Notes: generated from the letters alone by a model not told the origin. A stretch of DNA of 64,000 nt from an uncultured Streptomycetaceae bacterium (GCA_964521405.1 CAZFRR010000065.1:357-64356); one strand, 5' to 3'; positions 38,073-47,953 are shown, numbered from the stretch's first letter. Made by a program: numbers and translations.

Positions 38073-39817
38073 TGCCGCAGGTCATCACTCGTGAAGTGCC
38101 CCGGGGCGCCGCTGATTCGCTGGTTGCTGACGGCGTGCCGCCGTTGCTGGCGCGTGTCTACGCCGCCCGCGGCATTTTGACGGCACGCGACCTCGCGCAG
38201 GAATTCGAGCACCTCGCGCCTCTCGCCGCCATGCTCAATCTGCGGGAAATGGCCGCGCGGCTGGCCGATGCGATCGCGGAGCGCAGAAAGCTGCTGATCG
38301 TCGCCGACTACGACGCCGATGGCGCCACCGCGTGCGCCGTGGGCTTGCGCGCGCTGCGCGCCTTTGGCGCGTCGGTCGAATTCCTGGTGCCGAACCGTTT
38401 CGAATACGGCTACGGGCTCTCTCCGGAGATCGTGCGTCTCGCCCACGCGCAATTCCGCCCCGACATCCTGATCACGGTGGACAACGGCATCTCGAGCCTC
38501 GAGGGCGTCGCGGAAGCGAACCGCCTGGGGATGGCGACGCTGATCACCGATCACCATTTGCCCGGAGAACGGCTGCCGGATGCCACCTGCATCATCAATC
38601 CCAATCAGCCCGGCTGCGCCTTCCCGAGCAAGAACCTGGCCGGCGTCGGTGTCATGTTCTACCTCATGCTGGCCCTCAGGGCCGAGCTCCGCGAGCGCGG
38701 CGCGTTCGGCCAAAGTCGAAAGGAAGACGGGTCATCCTTCATCCTTCATCCTTCATCCTTGGGTTCGGCGGAGCCGAACCTCGCCGACCTCCTCCCGCTC
38801 GTCGCTCTGGGCACCGTGGCCGACGTAGTGCCACTAGATCGCAACAACCGCATCCTGGTGCAGCAGGGTCTCGCCCGCATCCGCGCGGGCCGCATGCAGC
38901 CGGGTATCGCAGCACTGTTCCAGGTCGCGGATCGCGATCCGCGCCGCACCGCGGCGCGCGACCTGGGTTTCGTGCTGGGCCCGCGGTTGAACGCCGCCGG
39001 ACGGCTCACCGACATGGCGCTCGGCATCGAGTGCCTCGCCACGGATGACGCCGGCCGGGCACACACCATCGCAACCGAGCTCGATCGCTTGAATCGCGAG
39101 CGGCGAGGGATCCAGTCCGACATGCAGGATGAAGCGCTCGCGGCGGTAGAAGCGCAGGATTTCGGAGAGAGCTACACGCTCGCCCTCTTCGATCCCGCCT
39201 GGCACCAAGGGGTGGTCGGCATCGTGGCCGGGCGCATCAAGGACCGCTTTCACCGCCCTGCCATCGCGTTCGCGCGCGGCAATCCGGGCGAGATCCGGGG
39301 CTCGGGGCGCTCGATCACCGGCCTTCACTTGCGCGACGCGCTCGACCGGGTCGCAGTGTCGCACCCCGGGCTCATTGCGAAGTTCGGCGGTCACGCCGCT
39401 GCAGCAGGCCTGACTATCAGGGAAAGCGACTTCGAGCGCTTCCGCGCGGCTTTCGAGCAAGCGGCGCAATCACTGCTCTCACCAGCCGACCTTGAGCGCG
39501 TCATCGAAACCGACGGCGGCCTAGCCCCCGAGGATTGCACCACTGAGACCGTTCAACTGCTGTCAGGCCCGGTGTGGGGGCAGGGATTTCCCCCGCCGCG
39601 GTTCTGCGACGAGTTCGAGGTTGCGGCCCAGCGCATCGTGGGTGGCAAACATCTCAAGATGACGCTCGCACGTGGCGCTCTCCGCATCGACGCCATACGC
39701 TTCCAGAGCACGGAGGCTGCCCCGCCCCGCATCCGCGCGGTCTACCAGCCTTCGCTCAACGAATGGAATGGCCGCATCTCGGTGCAGCTTACGGTCGAGC
39801 ACTGGGAGGAAGCCTGA
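38072..39817 (+). CDS. recJ: Single-stranded-DNA-specific exonuclease RecJ
   Basis: 581 aa with DHH motifs IVADYDADG, ITVDNGI and LITDHH, plus a DHHA1 GGH context. Confidence 0.95.
   Translation: MPQVITREVPRGAADSLVADGVPPLLARVYAARGILTARDLAQEFEHLAPLAAMLNLREMAARLADAIAERRKLLIVADYDADGATACAVGLRALRAFGASVEFLVPNRFEYGYGLSPEIVRLAHAQFRPDILITVDNGISSLEGVAEANRLGMATLITDHHLPGERLPDATCIINPNQPGCAFPSKNLAGVGVMFYLMLALRAELRERGAFGQSRKEDGSSFILHPSSLGSAEPNLADLLPLVALGTVADVVPLDRNNRILVQQGLARIRAGRMQPGIAALFQVADRDPRRTAARDLGFVLGPRLNAAGRLTDMALGIECLATDDAGRAHTIATELDRLNRERRGIQSDMQDEALAAVEAQDFGESYTLALFDPAWHQGVVGIVAGRIKDRFHRPAIAFARGNPGEIRGSGRSITGLHLRDALDRVAVSHPGLIAKFGGHAAAAGLTIRESDFERFRAAFEQAAQSLLSPADLERVIETDGGLAPEDCTTETVQLLSGPVWGQGFPPPRFCDEFEVAAQRIVGGKHLKMTLARGALRIDAIRFQSTEAAPPRIRAVYQPSLNEWNGRISVQLTVEHWEEA
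38732..38759. repeat. Perfect 4 x 7-nt tandem repeat (TCATCCT) inside the recJ coding sequence
   Basis: Codons S221-S229 (SSFILHPSS) are encoded by TCATCCT x 4. The position was computed from the recJ start at 38072. Confidence 0.9.
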
Positions 39818-39824
39818 ACAGCCT

Positions 39825-40254
39825 CACCGCCAAGGTAGCCAGGGACGCGAAGGAGCAGAAAAGCCTCGACACGAAGGACACAAAGGACACAAAGGACACT
39901 AAGGAAAAACGAATCAGAATTGATTCGGTGACCAGTCGCACCTGACCGGCCGCCGGACGGTTTACGGCTTTTGATCTTGGGGCCCCTGTGCGCTGCCGAG
40001 TAGCGCCCTGCCCCGGTGATGAGTGATAGGTGATGGGTGATGGGTCTTTTATTCCGAATCTCTGAACCAGTAGTGTCTCTTGTAGGCCACCCTTGGCGCG
40101 TTTCCTTCGCGACCTTCAGGTTTTGCCTTTGACCTTATTATTCTTCCCTTCGCGGTAAAGCTTTTATTTTCCTTGGCGACCTCCGCGTCCTTCGCGGTGA
40201 GGCTTTTCTGTTCCTTCGCGGCCTTGGCGTCCTTCGCGGTAAAGCTTTACGTCA
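39825..40254. repeat. Composite nested-palindrome element (same family as 34444-34777) with internal arrays
   Basis: It starts CACCGCCAAG and ends AAGCTTTACGTCA. It contains 3 x (N)AAGGACAC with a 9-nt period near 39873-39907, a CGAATC/GATTCG hairpin, GTGATGA GTGATAG GTGATGG GTGATGG (40016-40045), and TCCTTCGCG units on the right. Confidence 0.8.
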
Positions 40255-40310
40255 ATCGGCTCTAACAGCCTCACCCACTGTATAATTTGGTATTTTCAGG
40301 CGCCGAATTC

Positions 40311-41415
40311 ATGGAAGCAGAACGTATCAATGCGATCGTCCGCCAGCTCTCCGACGTCGAAGGACGCGCGGCCGAGCTACGGAGGTATCTTTGACTTCGA
40401 GGCCAAGCAGCGCCGCCTAGCCGAGGTCGCCAGGCTCGCCGAAGACCCCGCCGTGTGGAGCGACAACAAGCGCGCGCAGGAGCTCGGCCGGGAGCGGAAA
40501 ACCCTTGAATCCCTGGTGGGCACGTTCGACCGGCTCGACTCCGGGCTGCGCGACGCCAAGGAACTCTTCGAGATTGCCAAGTCCGAGCGCGACGATGCCA
40601 CGCTGGTTGCGCTCGAGGGAGACGCACGCTCGCTGGAGAGCACCGTGGCGGGCCTGGAATTCCGCCGCATGTTTTCCCACCCGATGGACCCCAGCAATTG
40701 TTTCCTCGACATCCAGTCAGGCTCGGGCGGAACGGAAGCGCAGGATTGGGCGCAGACGCTACTGCGCATGTATACGCGCTACTGCGAGCGCAAGGGTTTC
40801 CGCGTGGAACTGCTCGAGGAGTCGCCCGGCGAAGTCGCGGGGTTGAAGAGCGCGGCGCTCAAGGTGGCGGGCGACTACGCCTACGGCCATCTGCGAACGG
40901 AATCCGGCGTGCACCGGCTGGTGCGCAAATCCCCGTTCGACGCCAACAGCCGCCGCCACACCTCGTTCGCCAGCGTGTTCGTCTATCCCGAGGTGGACGA
41001 ATCCATCGAGATCACGATTAACCCGGCCGACTTGCGGATCGACACCTTCCGCTCCTCGGGGGCGGGCGGCCAGCACGTCAACAAGACCAACTCGGCGATC
41101 CGCATCACGCATATCCCGACCAACACCGTCGTGCAGTGCCAGAACGACCGCTCGCAGCACCGTAACAAGGCTGAGGCGATGGCGATGTTGAAGTCGAAGC
41201 TCTACGAGATCGAGTTGCGCAAGCAGCTGGACGAAAAGCAGGCGATGGAGGACTCCAAGACCGACATCGGCTGGGGCCACCAGATCCGCTCCTACGTGCT
41301 TGACCAGTCCCGCATCAAGGATCTGCGCACCGGCGTCGAGATCGGCAACACGCAGTCCGTGCTGGACGGCAACCTCGACGTTTTCATCGAAGCGAGCCTC
41401 AAAAAGGGTTCGTAA
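40311..41415 (+). CDS. prfB: Peptide chain release factor 2, requiring a programmed +1 frameshift
   Basis: Frame 0 runs 40311-40391 ([27 protein letters not shown]) to an in-frame TGA at 40392. The +1 frame continues from 40393 (DFEAKQRRL...) to 41415. SPF (RKSPFD) and GGQ ([11 protein letters not shown]) motifs are present. Confidence 0.95.
40381..40395 (+). promoter_or_regulatory. RF2 autoregulatory +1 frameshift site (GGAGG-TAT-CTT-TGA-C)
   Basis: An internal SD-like GGAGG lies 3 nt upstream of the CTT TGA C slippery/stop context, as in E. coli prfB. Confidence 0.9.
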
Positions 41416-41429
41416 CCGGGCCGACACCC

Positions 41430-42959
41430 ATGTCAAAGAAACCGATCGGACCCTCCGCTCCGGAGGGAGAGGCCGACACCCCCCAGGATCGCGAGCGACT
41501 GGTCGCCGAGCGCCGCGCCAAGCTCGCGGCACTGCGCGAAAAGGGCGCGGCGTATCCCAACGATTTCGGGCGCGAGCATTTCGCGGCCGACCTTGCCTCC
41601 CGCTACGGCGCACTCGACAACGCCGCGCTCGAAGCGACCCCCATCAAGGTCAGGATCGCGGGCCGCCTCATGTTGAAGCGCGTGATGGGCAAGGCGAGCT
41701 TCGCTTTGATCCGCGACATGACCGGCGCAATCCAGGTCTTCGTCTCGGATAGCGACACCGGGCAGGAAAACCACGCGGCGTTCAAGCATTGCGACATCGG
41801 CGACATCATCGGCGTCGAGGGCGAACTCTTTCGCACCCGCACCGGCGAGCTGACGGCTCGCGCGCGGGCGCTCAGGCTGCTCGCGAAATCGCTGCGCCCG
41901 CTGCCCGAGAAATGGCACGGCTTGACCGACCAGGAAACGAAGTATCGCCAGCGCTACGTCGACCTCATCATGAACGAGGACACGCGGCGCGTTTTCCAGA
42001 CGCGGTCGCGGATCGTCGGCGCCATGCGCGAGTTCCTGGTGGGCGAGCGCTTCCTGGAAGTCGAGACGCCGATGATGCAGCCGATCCCCGGCGGCGCCAC
42101 CGCGCGCCCGTTCGTGACGCATCACAACGCGCTCGACATGGACCTCTACCTGCGGATCGCGCCGGAGCTCTACCTCAAGCGGCTGGTGGTGGGCGGCTAC
42201 GAGCGGGTGTTCGAGATCAACCGCAATTTCCGCAACGAGGGCATCTCGACCCGGCACAATCCCGAATTCACCATGCTCGAGTTCTACGCGGCCTACACCG
42301 ACTACGAGTACATGATGGCCGTGATCCCGCGCCTCATCGCCCACGCGGCGCAAACGGCGCTGGGGGCTGCACGCGTCGCCTATCAAGGGCACGAGATCGA
42401 TTTTTTGCGTCCCTACGAGCGCCTCTCCATCGCGCAGGCCATCCGCAAGCACCATCCCGAGGTCACCGACGCCATTCTCAACGACCGCGCCGCGCTGATT
42501 GCCCGGTTGAACCAGGGCAACATTGCCTTTCGCGCCGCGGACGGCATCGGCGGCCTGCAACTGACGCTGTTCGAGAACACGGTCGAGGACAAGCTGATCC
42601 AGCCGACATTCATCGTGGATTACCCCACCGAAGTGTCGCCGCTCGCCCGGGCGAGCGACCGGAATCCCGAGATCACCGAGCGCTTCGAGCTCTACATTGC
42701 CGGGCGCGAGATCGCCAACGGCTTCTCCGAGCTGAACGACCCGGAGGACCAGGCCGCGCGCTTCGCCCAGCAGGTGAGTCAAAAGGATGCGGGGGACGCC
42801 GAGGCCATGCACTTCGACGCCGATTACATCCGCGCGCTCGAATACGGGATGCCGCCCGCCTCCGGCGCCGGGATCGGCATCGACCGGCTGGTGATGCTGC
42901 TCACCGACAGCCCGTCGATCCGCGATGTGATCCTGTTCCCGCACATGCGCCCCGAGTAA
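41430..42959 (+). CDS. lysS: Lysine--tRNA ligase (class II)
   Basis: 509 aa. prfB-lysS synteny supports the call, and the class II motif context is present. Confidence 0.95.
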   Translation: MSKKPIGPSAPEGEADTPQDRERLVAERRAKLAALREKGAAYPNDFGREHFAADLASRYGALDNAALEATPIKVRIAGRLMLKRVMGKASFALIRDMTGAIQVFVSDSDTGQENHAAFKHCDIGDIIGVEGELFRTRTGELTARARALRLLAKSLRPLPEKWHGLTDQETKYRQRYVDLIMNEDTRRVFQTRSRIVGAMREFLVGERFLEVETPMMQPIPGGATARPFVTHHNALDMDLYLRIAPELYLKRLVVGGYERVFEINRNFRNEGISTRHNPEFTMLEFYAAYTDYEYMMAVIPRLIAHAAQTALGAARVAYQGHEIDFLRPYERLSIAQAIRKHHPEVTDAILNDRAALIARLNQGNIAFRAADGIGGLQLTLFENTVEDKLIQPTFIVDYPTEVSPLARASDRNPEITERFELYIAGREIANGFSELNDPEDQAARFAQQVSQKDAGDAEAMHFDADYIRALEYGMPPASGAGIGIDRLVMLLTDSPSIRDVILFPHMRPE

Positions 42960-42999
42960 GAAATTAGAAACTCTCACTGCAGAGGACTCAGGCAATACC

Positions 43000-43096
43000 A
43001 GTTTTGAGTTTTGAATGTTGAGTTTTGAGTTGGATTGCGCCCGTTATTCGAACTCAGCACTCAGCACTTAACACTCAACACTCAAAACTCAAAACT
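43000..43096. repeat. Short-period array hairpin, AGTTTTG / CACTCAA flavour
   Basis: Left arm: AGTTTTG AGTTTTG AATGTTG AGTTTTG AGTT (43000-43031). The loop is 18 nt. Right arm: GAACTCA GCACTCA GCACTTA ACACTCA ACACTCA AAACTCA AAACT (43050-43096). Confidence 0.85.
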
Positions 43097-43100
43097 GTCC

Positions 43101-45071
43101 ATGAACATGGACCAACCGCTGTGGCAGCCCTCCCCTGACCGCGTCAGGAACGCCAGCCTGACCGCTTTCATGCGCGAGGCCCATGCAAAATGGGGCATCA
43201 CCGCGCAGGATTACGCCGCTCTGCACCGCTGGTCCGTCACCCAGCCGGGTGAGTTCTGGCAATCGGTGTGGTCCTTTTGCGGCGTGATCGGCGACGGTCA
43301 CGAGGGGCCGGCGCTGGTGGACGGCAACCGGATGCCGGGAGCCCGCTGGTTCCCCGGGGCGAAGCTGAACTTCGCGGAAAACCTGCTGCGGCGCCGCGAT
43401 CGCTCGACCGCCATCGTGTTCTGGAGCGAAGACCGGCTGAAGACGACGGTCACTTACGCCGAGCTCTACGCCGAAGTCTCGCGTCTCTCCCAGGCGTTGC
43501 GGGCCGCCGGCGTGAAGCCCGGCGACCGCGTTGCCGGCTACCTGCCCAACGTGCCCGGCACGATCATCGCGATGCTGGCGGCAACCAGCCTTGGCGCGAT
43601 CTGGTCCTCGTGCTCTCCCGATTTTGGCGTGCAGGGGGTGCTCGACCGCTTCGGCCAGATCGAGCCCAGGGTGCTGTTCGCCGCCGACGGCTATTTCTAC
43701 AACGGCAAGTCGATCGATCTCGTCGACCGGTTGAAGGAAATAGCCACGAACCTGCCATCGGTGGAGAGAATCGTCGTCGTGCCCTACACCCGTCCGCGCC
43801 CGCCGCTATCAGGCATACCCCGGGCGGTCAACGTCCACGACCTGATGGCGCCGTGGCGCGCCCGGGACATTGCCTTCGAGCGCTTCCCGTTCGATCACCC
43901 GCTCTACATCCTGTATTCCTCCGGCACCACCGGCGTGCCGAAGTGCATCGTGCACGGCGCCGGCGGCACGCTGCTGCAGCACCTGAAGGAGCACCAGCTT
44001 CACGTCGATCTCAAGCCCGGCGAGCGGCTGTTCTACTTCACGACCTGCGGCTGGATGATGTGGAACTGGCTCGCCTCCGCGCTCGCCTCGCGCGCCGCCG
44101 TCATGCTCTACGACGGCTCTCCGATGATGGCGGGCGGACGCATCCTGTTCGATTTCGCGGATGCCGCGCGCGTCACCGTCTTCGGCACCTCCGCCAAGTT
44201 CATCGACGCAACCGCCAAGGCGGGCCTGAAGCCGCGCCTCACGCACCGGCTGACGGCGCTGAAGGCCGTGCTCTCCACCGGCTCGCCGCTGGTGCCCGAG
44301 GGTTTCGACTACATCCACCGCGAGGTAAAGAGCGATCTCCATCTCGCCTCCATCTCGGGGGGCACCGACATCATCTCCTGTTTCGTCCTCGGCAACCCCA
44401 CGGCCCCGGTTTGGCGCGGTGAGATCCAGTGTCCCGGGCTCGGCATGAAAGTCGAAGTCTTCGACGAGCAGGGCCGGCCGGTCCGCGGCGAAAAAGGCGA
44501 GCTGGTCTGCAGCGCGCCCTTCCCCTCGATGCCGGTCGGCTTCTGGAACGATCCCGGCGACGCCAAGTACCGCGCCGCCTACTTCGAGAAGTTTCCCGGC
44601 GTGTGGTGCCACGGCGATTACATCGAGCAGACCCCGCGCGGTGGCTTCGTGATCTACGGGCGCTCGGACGCTGTCTTGAATCCCGGGGGCGTGCGCATCG
44701 GCACCGCCGAGATCTACCGCCAGGTCGAGAGTCTCGACGAAGTGGTTGAGAGCATCGTCATCGGCCAGGACTGGCCTCCCGCCAACCCGACCGACGTGCG
44801 CGTGGTGCTGTTCGTGCGGCTGCGCGAGGGCCTGCGGCTCGATGACGCGCTCGCCGAGAAAATCAAGCGTCGGATCCGCGATAACACGACGCCCCGGCAC
44901 GTGCCCGCTCGCATCGCGCAAGTTGCCGACATTCCCCGCACCAAGAGCGGCAAGATCGTCGAGCTGGCGGTGCGCAACGTGGTGCACGGGCGCCCCGTGA
45001 AGAACCTGGAAGCCCTTGCGAATCCTGAAGCCCTGGCCCATTTCCGGGACCGGTCCGAACTGCAGGCCTGA
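43101..45071 (+). CDS. Acetoacetate--CoA ligase (acetoacetyl-CoA synthetase)
   Basis: ORF 43035..45071. The ATG at 43101 ([15 protein letters not shown]) avoids the repeat-derived N-terminus. AMP-binding segment [10 protein letters not shown] is present. Confidence 0.88.
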   Translation: MNMDQPLWQPSPDRVRNASLTAFMREAHAKWGITAQDYAALHRWSVTQPGEFWQSVWSFCGVIGDGHEGPALVDGNRMPGARWFPGAKLNFAENLLRRRDRSTAIVFWSEDRLKTTVTYAELYAEVSRLSQALRAAGVKPGDRVAGYLPNVPGTIIAMLAATSLGAIWSSCSPDFGVQGVLDRFGQIEPRVLFAADGYFYNGKSIDLVDRLKEIATNLPSVERIVVVPYTRPRPPLSGIPRAVNVHDLMAPWRARDIAFERFPFDHPLYILYSSGTTGVPKCIVHGAGGTLLQHLKEHQLHVDLKPGERLFYFTTCGWMMWNWLASALASRAAVMLYDGSPMMAGGRILFDFADAARVTVFGTSAKFIDATAKAGLKPRLTHRLTALKAVLSTGSPLVPEGFDYIHREVKSDLHLASISGGTDIISCFVLGNPTAPVWRGEIQCPGLGMKVEVFDEQGRPVRGEKGELVCSAPFPSMPVGFWNDPGDAKYRAAYFEKFPGVWCHGDYIEQTPRGGFVIYGRSDAVLNPGGVRIGTAEIYRQVESLDEVVESIVIGQDWPPANPTDVRVVLFVRLREGLRLDDALAEKIKRRIRDNTTPRHVPARIAQVADIPRTKSGKIVELAVRNVVHGRPVKNLEALANPEALAHFRDRSELQA

Positions 45072-45217
45072 GGTTTCTGCCGCAATGGCTGTAGTCGGAC
45101 CAGCCGCGCGCCCGGGCGCATCAGCGCAGTGAGGCGCATAATAAAGGTCCAGACTTGACCTCATCCCGGAACATGAATCCGCGTCGTACTGTCCAGGTAA
45201 TAACCCAGGAGGCTGCC

Positions 45218-45928
45218 ATGCCCGAAACCACCAGCAAGGTCAGCCCGCTCGTAGCGATCGCTGCAGTAGCGGTGACCATTTTCTGCGCCGTCGGTGTGGG
45301 AGTGATGACCGGGATCATCCCGAGTACCAGTTCCAAAACCGGGGAACAACCGGTCAAGCCAGAGGCGCCCCAGGCCACAGCACCGGCACCGGCGCCAGCC
45401 CCGGCCGCAGCGCCAGCATCCGTCCCGGCCGAAAAGCCGAAAGCAGCGACCGTGGCGCCGAAGAAGCCATCGACCGAACGGGTCCGGGTAGCCACTGCGG
45501 AGCCAGCCCGAGTGCCAGAGCCAGCCCGGTTGCCGGAGCCAGTCCAAACGCCGGAGCCGGCCCGGGCCCCGGAACCGGCCCGGATCGTTCAGGTGTGCAC
45601 GAACTGCGGCAGCGTCATTTCAGTCAACGTGATCAAGCAGGAAGGTGAAGGCAGCGGCCTCGGTGCCATCGGCGGCGCCGTGGTCGGCGGCGTGCTCGGC
45701 CACCAGATCGGGGGGGGCCGCGGCCGGGACGTCGCGACCGTGGTCGGTGCCGGCGCCGGCGCCTACGCCGGTCACCAGATCGAGAAAAACGTGAAGACGA
45801 CCCAAACCTACAACGTCGCGGTGCGCATGGACGATGGCTCAACGCGTAGTTTCCCGTACCAGACCGAACCCGGATTCAGGGCCGGCGACAAGGTCAAGGT
45901 TGTCGAGGGCAAGCTGGTCGGTAACTAG
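45218..45928 (+). CDS. Membrane-anchored glycine-zipper (Rick_17kDa_Anti/SlyB-like) protein with a Pro/Ala-rich linker
   Basis: ORF 45155..45928. The ATG at 45218 lies 6 nt after the SD AGGAGG. It has a TM helix, a PA-rich linker, CTNCG, and the glycine zipper GAIGGAVVGGVLGHQIGGG. Confidence 0.75.
   Translation: MPETTSKVSPLVAIAAVAVTIFCAVGVGVMTGIIPSTSSKTGEQPVKPEAPQATAPAPAPAPAAAPASVPAEKPKAATVAPKKPSTERVRVATAEPARVPEPARLPEPVQTPEPARAPEPARIVQVCTNCGSVISVNVIKQEGEGSGLGAIGGAVVGGVLGHQIGGGRGRDVATVVGAGAGAYAGHQIEKNVKTTQTYNVAVRMDDGSTRSFPYQTEPGFRAGDKVKVVEGKLVGN
45500..45589 (+). repeat. In-frame 18-nt tandem repeat x5 encoding EPARVP EPARLP EPVQTP EPARAP EPARIV
   Basis: Read from the translation. The position was computed from the ORF start. 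Confidence 0.8.
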
Positions 45929-45968
45929 TACCGCCCATCGCTCACCAACGGCAAATTGATTTCCGAAC

Positions 45969-45991
45969 ACCCCGGATCGCCGGGGCTTTTT
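45969..45991 (+). terminator. Rho-independent terminator after the glycine-zipper gene
   Basis: ACCCCGG-ATCG-CCGGGG followed by CTTTTT. Confidence 0.7.
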
Positions 45992-46059
45992 GTCGCGCCT
46001 GGTGAGCTTTCAATGCAACCGGCCACAGGGGCCGGGCTGCATTCCCTGCGCCGACCGTT

Positions 46060-46920
46060 ATGACTTCCTTAGCCCTGTCGCTGATCCTCGCCGCCGCCGT
46101 CATCCACGCGAGCTGGAACTACCTCCTCAAGCGCTCGGGCGGCGGTGTCGTATTCGTGTGGCTGTTCGCCAGCCTCTCCGCGCTCATCTACCTGCCACTG
46201 GCGGGGCTCATCATCTGGTGGGAAAAGCCTCAATTCGGGTGGGTGCATTACGGCCTGATGTTCGCGAGCGCGGTCCTGCATACCGTTTATTACCTGCTGC
46301 TCGACCGCGGCTACCGCAGCGGCGACCTGTCGGTGGTCTACCCCATCGCCCGCGGCACTGGCCCGCTCATCACCGTGCTGTGCGCCGTGCTGCTGCTGGG
46401 CGAGCACCCGAGCGCGATCGCGATTGCCGGGGCGCTGCTCATCGGCGGCGGCGCGATCGCGCTGACGGGCGACCCGCGCAAGCTTCGCCAGTCCGGGAAT
46501 CTTCACGCGGTCGGCTTCGCATTGCTGACCGGATGCATGATCGCCAGCTACACGCTGGTGGACAAGATCGCCGTCGCCGCCTGGCTGATCCCGCCGCTGG
46601 TGCAGGACTGGGCCACCAACGTCGGCCGCGTGCTGCTGATGACGCCGATGGCGCTGAAGCGCAAGGCGGAGATCGCGCCCACCTGGCATCGCGCCAAAAA
46701 GGAAATCCTCGCGGTGGCGGTGCTTTGCCCGCTGTCCTACATCCTGGTGCTGACGGCGATGGTGTTCACGCCGGTAAGCTATGTCGCGCCGGCGCGCGAA
46801 ATCAGCATTCTCGTTGCGGCGTTCATGGGAACGCAGTGGCTGGCGGAAGGCGACGTCAGGCGCCGGCTGGCCGCCGCCGGCGCGATGGTCGCCGGCATCA
46901 TCTGCTTAGCCGTGGGCTGA
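46060..46920 (+). CDS. DMT-superfamily (EamA-like) transporter
   Basis: 286 aa, about 10 hydrophobic helices, N-terminus MTSLALSLILAAAVIHASWNYLLK. Confidence 0.85.
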   Translation: MTSLALSLILAAAVIHASWNYLLKRSGGGVVFVWLFASLSALIYLPLAGLIIWWEKPQFGWVHYGLMFASAVLHTVYYLLLDRGYRSGDLSVVYPIARGTGPLITVLCAVLLLGEHPSAIAIAGALLIGGGAIALTGDPRKLRQSGNLHAVGFALLTGCMIASYTLVDKIAVAAWLIPPLVQDWATNVGRVLLMTPMALKRKAEIAPTWHRAKKEILAVAVLCPLSYILVLTAMVFTPVSYVAPAREISILVAAFMGTQWLAEGDVRRRLAAAGAMVAGIICLAVG

Positions 46921-46930
46921 CCGCTGCCAC

Positions 46931-47129
46931 GTTCAAAGTTCAAGGTTCAAGGTTCAAGGTTCAAAGTTCAAGGTTCAAGATTGTCAGTGCGAGCTGCCGC
47001 TCGCGATTTTGAACCCGGAACCCGGAACCCGGAACCCGGAACCCGGAACACGGAACCCGGAACCCGGAACCCGGAACCTGGAACCTGGAACCTGGAACTC
47101 GAAACTCGGAACCCGGAACCCGGAACTCA
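46931..47129. repeat. Largest array hairpin in the window, GGTTC / GAACC flavour (7 + 17 units)
   Basis: Left arm, 7 units of GTTCAA(A/G) (46931-46979). The 31-nt core carries the hairpin GCGAGC-TGCC-GCTCGC followed by GATTTT. Right arm, 17 units (47011-47129): 5 x GAACCCG, GAACACG, 3 x GAACCCG, 3 x GAACCTG, GAACTCG, AAACTCG, 2 x GAACCCG, GAACTCA. Checked against ORF translations. Confidence 0.9.
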
Positions 47130-47151
47130 ATCGCCGACAATGTCGGCGATT
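47129..47151. other. Perfect 10-bp hairpin AATCGCCGAC-AAT-GTCGGCGATT overlapping the bamD stop codon
   Basis: Read directly. There is no flanking T-run on the bamD strand. Confidence 0.6.
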
Positions 47152-47953
47152 ACCAGTTCCAGATCTGCCACCACGGAACGTCCTTCTTCGGGCCGCCCTT
47201 CAGGTAAACGCTATTCGGGAAATTTCTCATCATCACGCGTTCGGCGTCGTCCCGCAGGTCATTCATGCCCAGGGCATCGTAGGCCTTGACCAGGATCAGC
47301 AGCCCTTCCTCGTTCGCCGGCGCCTGGGGGTAGGTCTTGAGCGCATACTGGGCGCGGTTGGCCGCCGCGACAAAGGCGCTGCGCTTCATGTAATAGCGCG
47401 CGACGTGCACCTCATGCGAGGCGAGCGCATTCAGGAGATAATTCATCCGGGCAATGGCGTCCGGCGTGTAGCGGCTCTCCGGGAAACGGATCGCCAGGTC
47501 CTTGAACGCCTGGAACGCCTCGGCTGCCGCCTTCGGGTCGCGCTCGGTGAGATCCTGCCCGCTCACGTAGCCCGCCCATCCCAGGTCATCGTTGAAATTG
47601 GCGAGACCCTTCAGATAGTAGGCGTAGTCGACGTTGGGATGGTTGGGGTGGAGCTTGATGAAACGATCCGTAGCGGCCACGGCCTGCACCGGTTCGTTAT
47701 CCTTGTAATAGGCGTAGGCGACCTCGATCTGGGCCTGCTGGGCAAAACGCCCGTACGGATAACGGGCCTCGAGCTTCTGATAGTACTTGATCGCCTGCTC
47801 GTAATTCCGGTTGTTGAGGTTGTCCTTCGCTTCGTTGTAGAGCTTCTGCGCCGACCAGCCCTTGGTTTCGTCCTCTGCCTCGCCCAGCAGGCCGCACGCG
47901 CCGATCAGCACGCCGATGAGTAGCGCTAGAATAGAACGAACGATGAACGACAT
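47150..47953 (-). CDS. bamD: Outer membrane protein assembly factor BamD
   Basis: 267 aa with lipobox LIGACG and a TPR-like body. It is divergent from rluD, as in E. coli. Confidence 0.93.
   Translation of the reverse strand: MSFIVRSILALLIGVLIGACGLLGEAEDETKGWSAQKLYNEAKDNLNNRNYEQAIKYYQKLEARYPYGRFAQQAQIEVAYAYYKDNEPVQAVAATDRFIKLHPNHPNVDYAYYLKGLANFNDDLGWAGYVSGQDLTERDPKAAAEAFQAFKDLAIRFPESRYTPDAIARMNYLLNALASHEVHVARYYMKRSAFVAAANRAQYALKTYPQAPANEEGLLILVKAYDALGMNDLRDDAERVMMRNFPNSVYLKGGPKKDVPWWQIWNW

Noticed and set aside
45108-45119. The 12-bp perfect palindrome GCGCCCGGGCGC after the acetoacetyl-CoA synthetase gene, considered as a terminator.
   Set aside because: There is no loop and no T-run. In a high-GC genome such a short GC palindrome is expected by chance.
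46981-47289. ORFs translating the arrays into peptide repeats: EPGTRNP repeats at 46981-47289, FRVPGSG at 13643-13918, MMNDE at 3793, KDTKDTK at 39574-39945, and N-terminal extensions such as 10678 and 43035.
   Set aside because: A 7-nt period read in one frame gives a 21-nt pseudo-peptide repeat automatically. The ORFs start or end at array edges and lack any non-repetitive domain.
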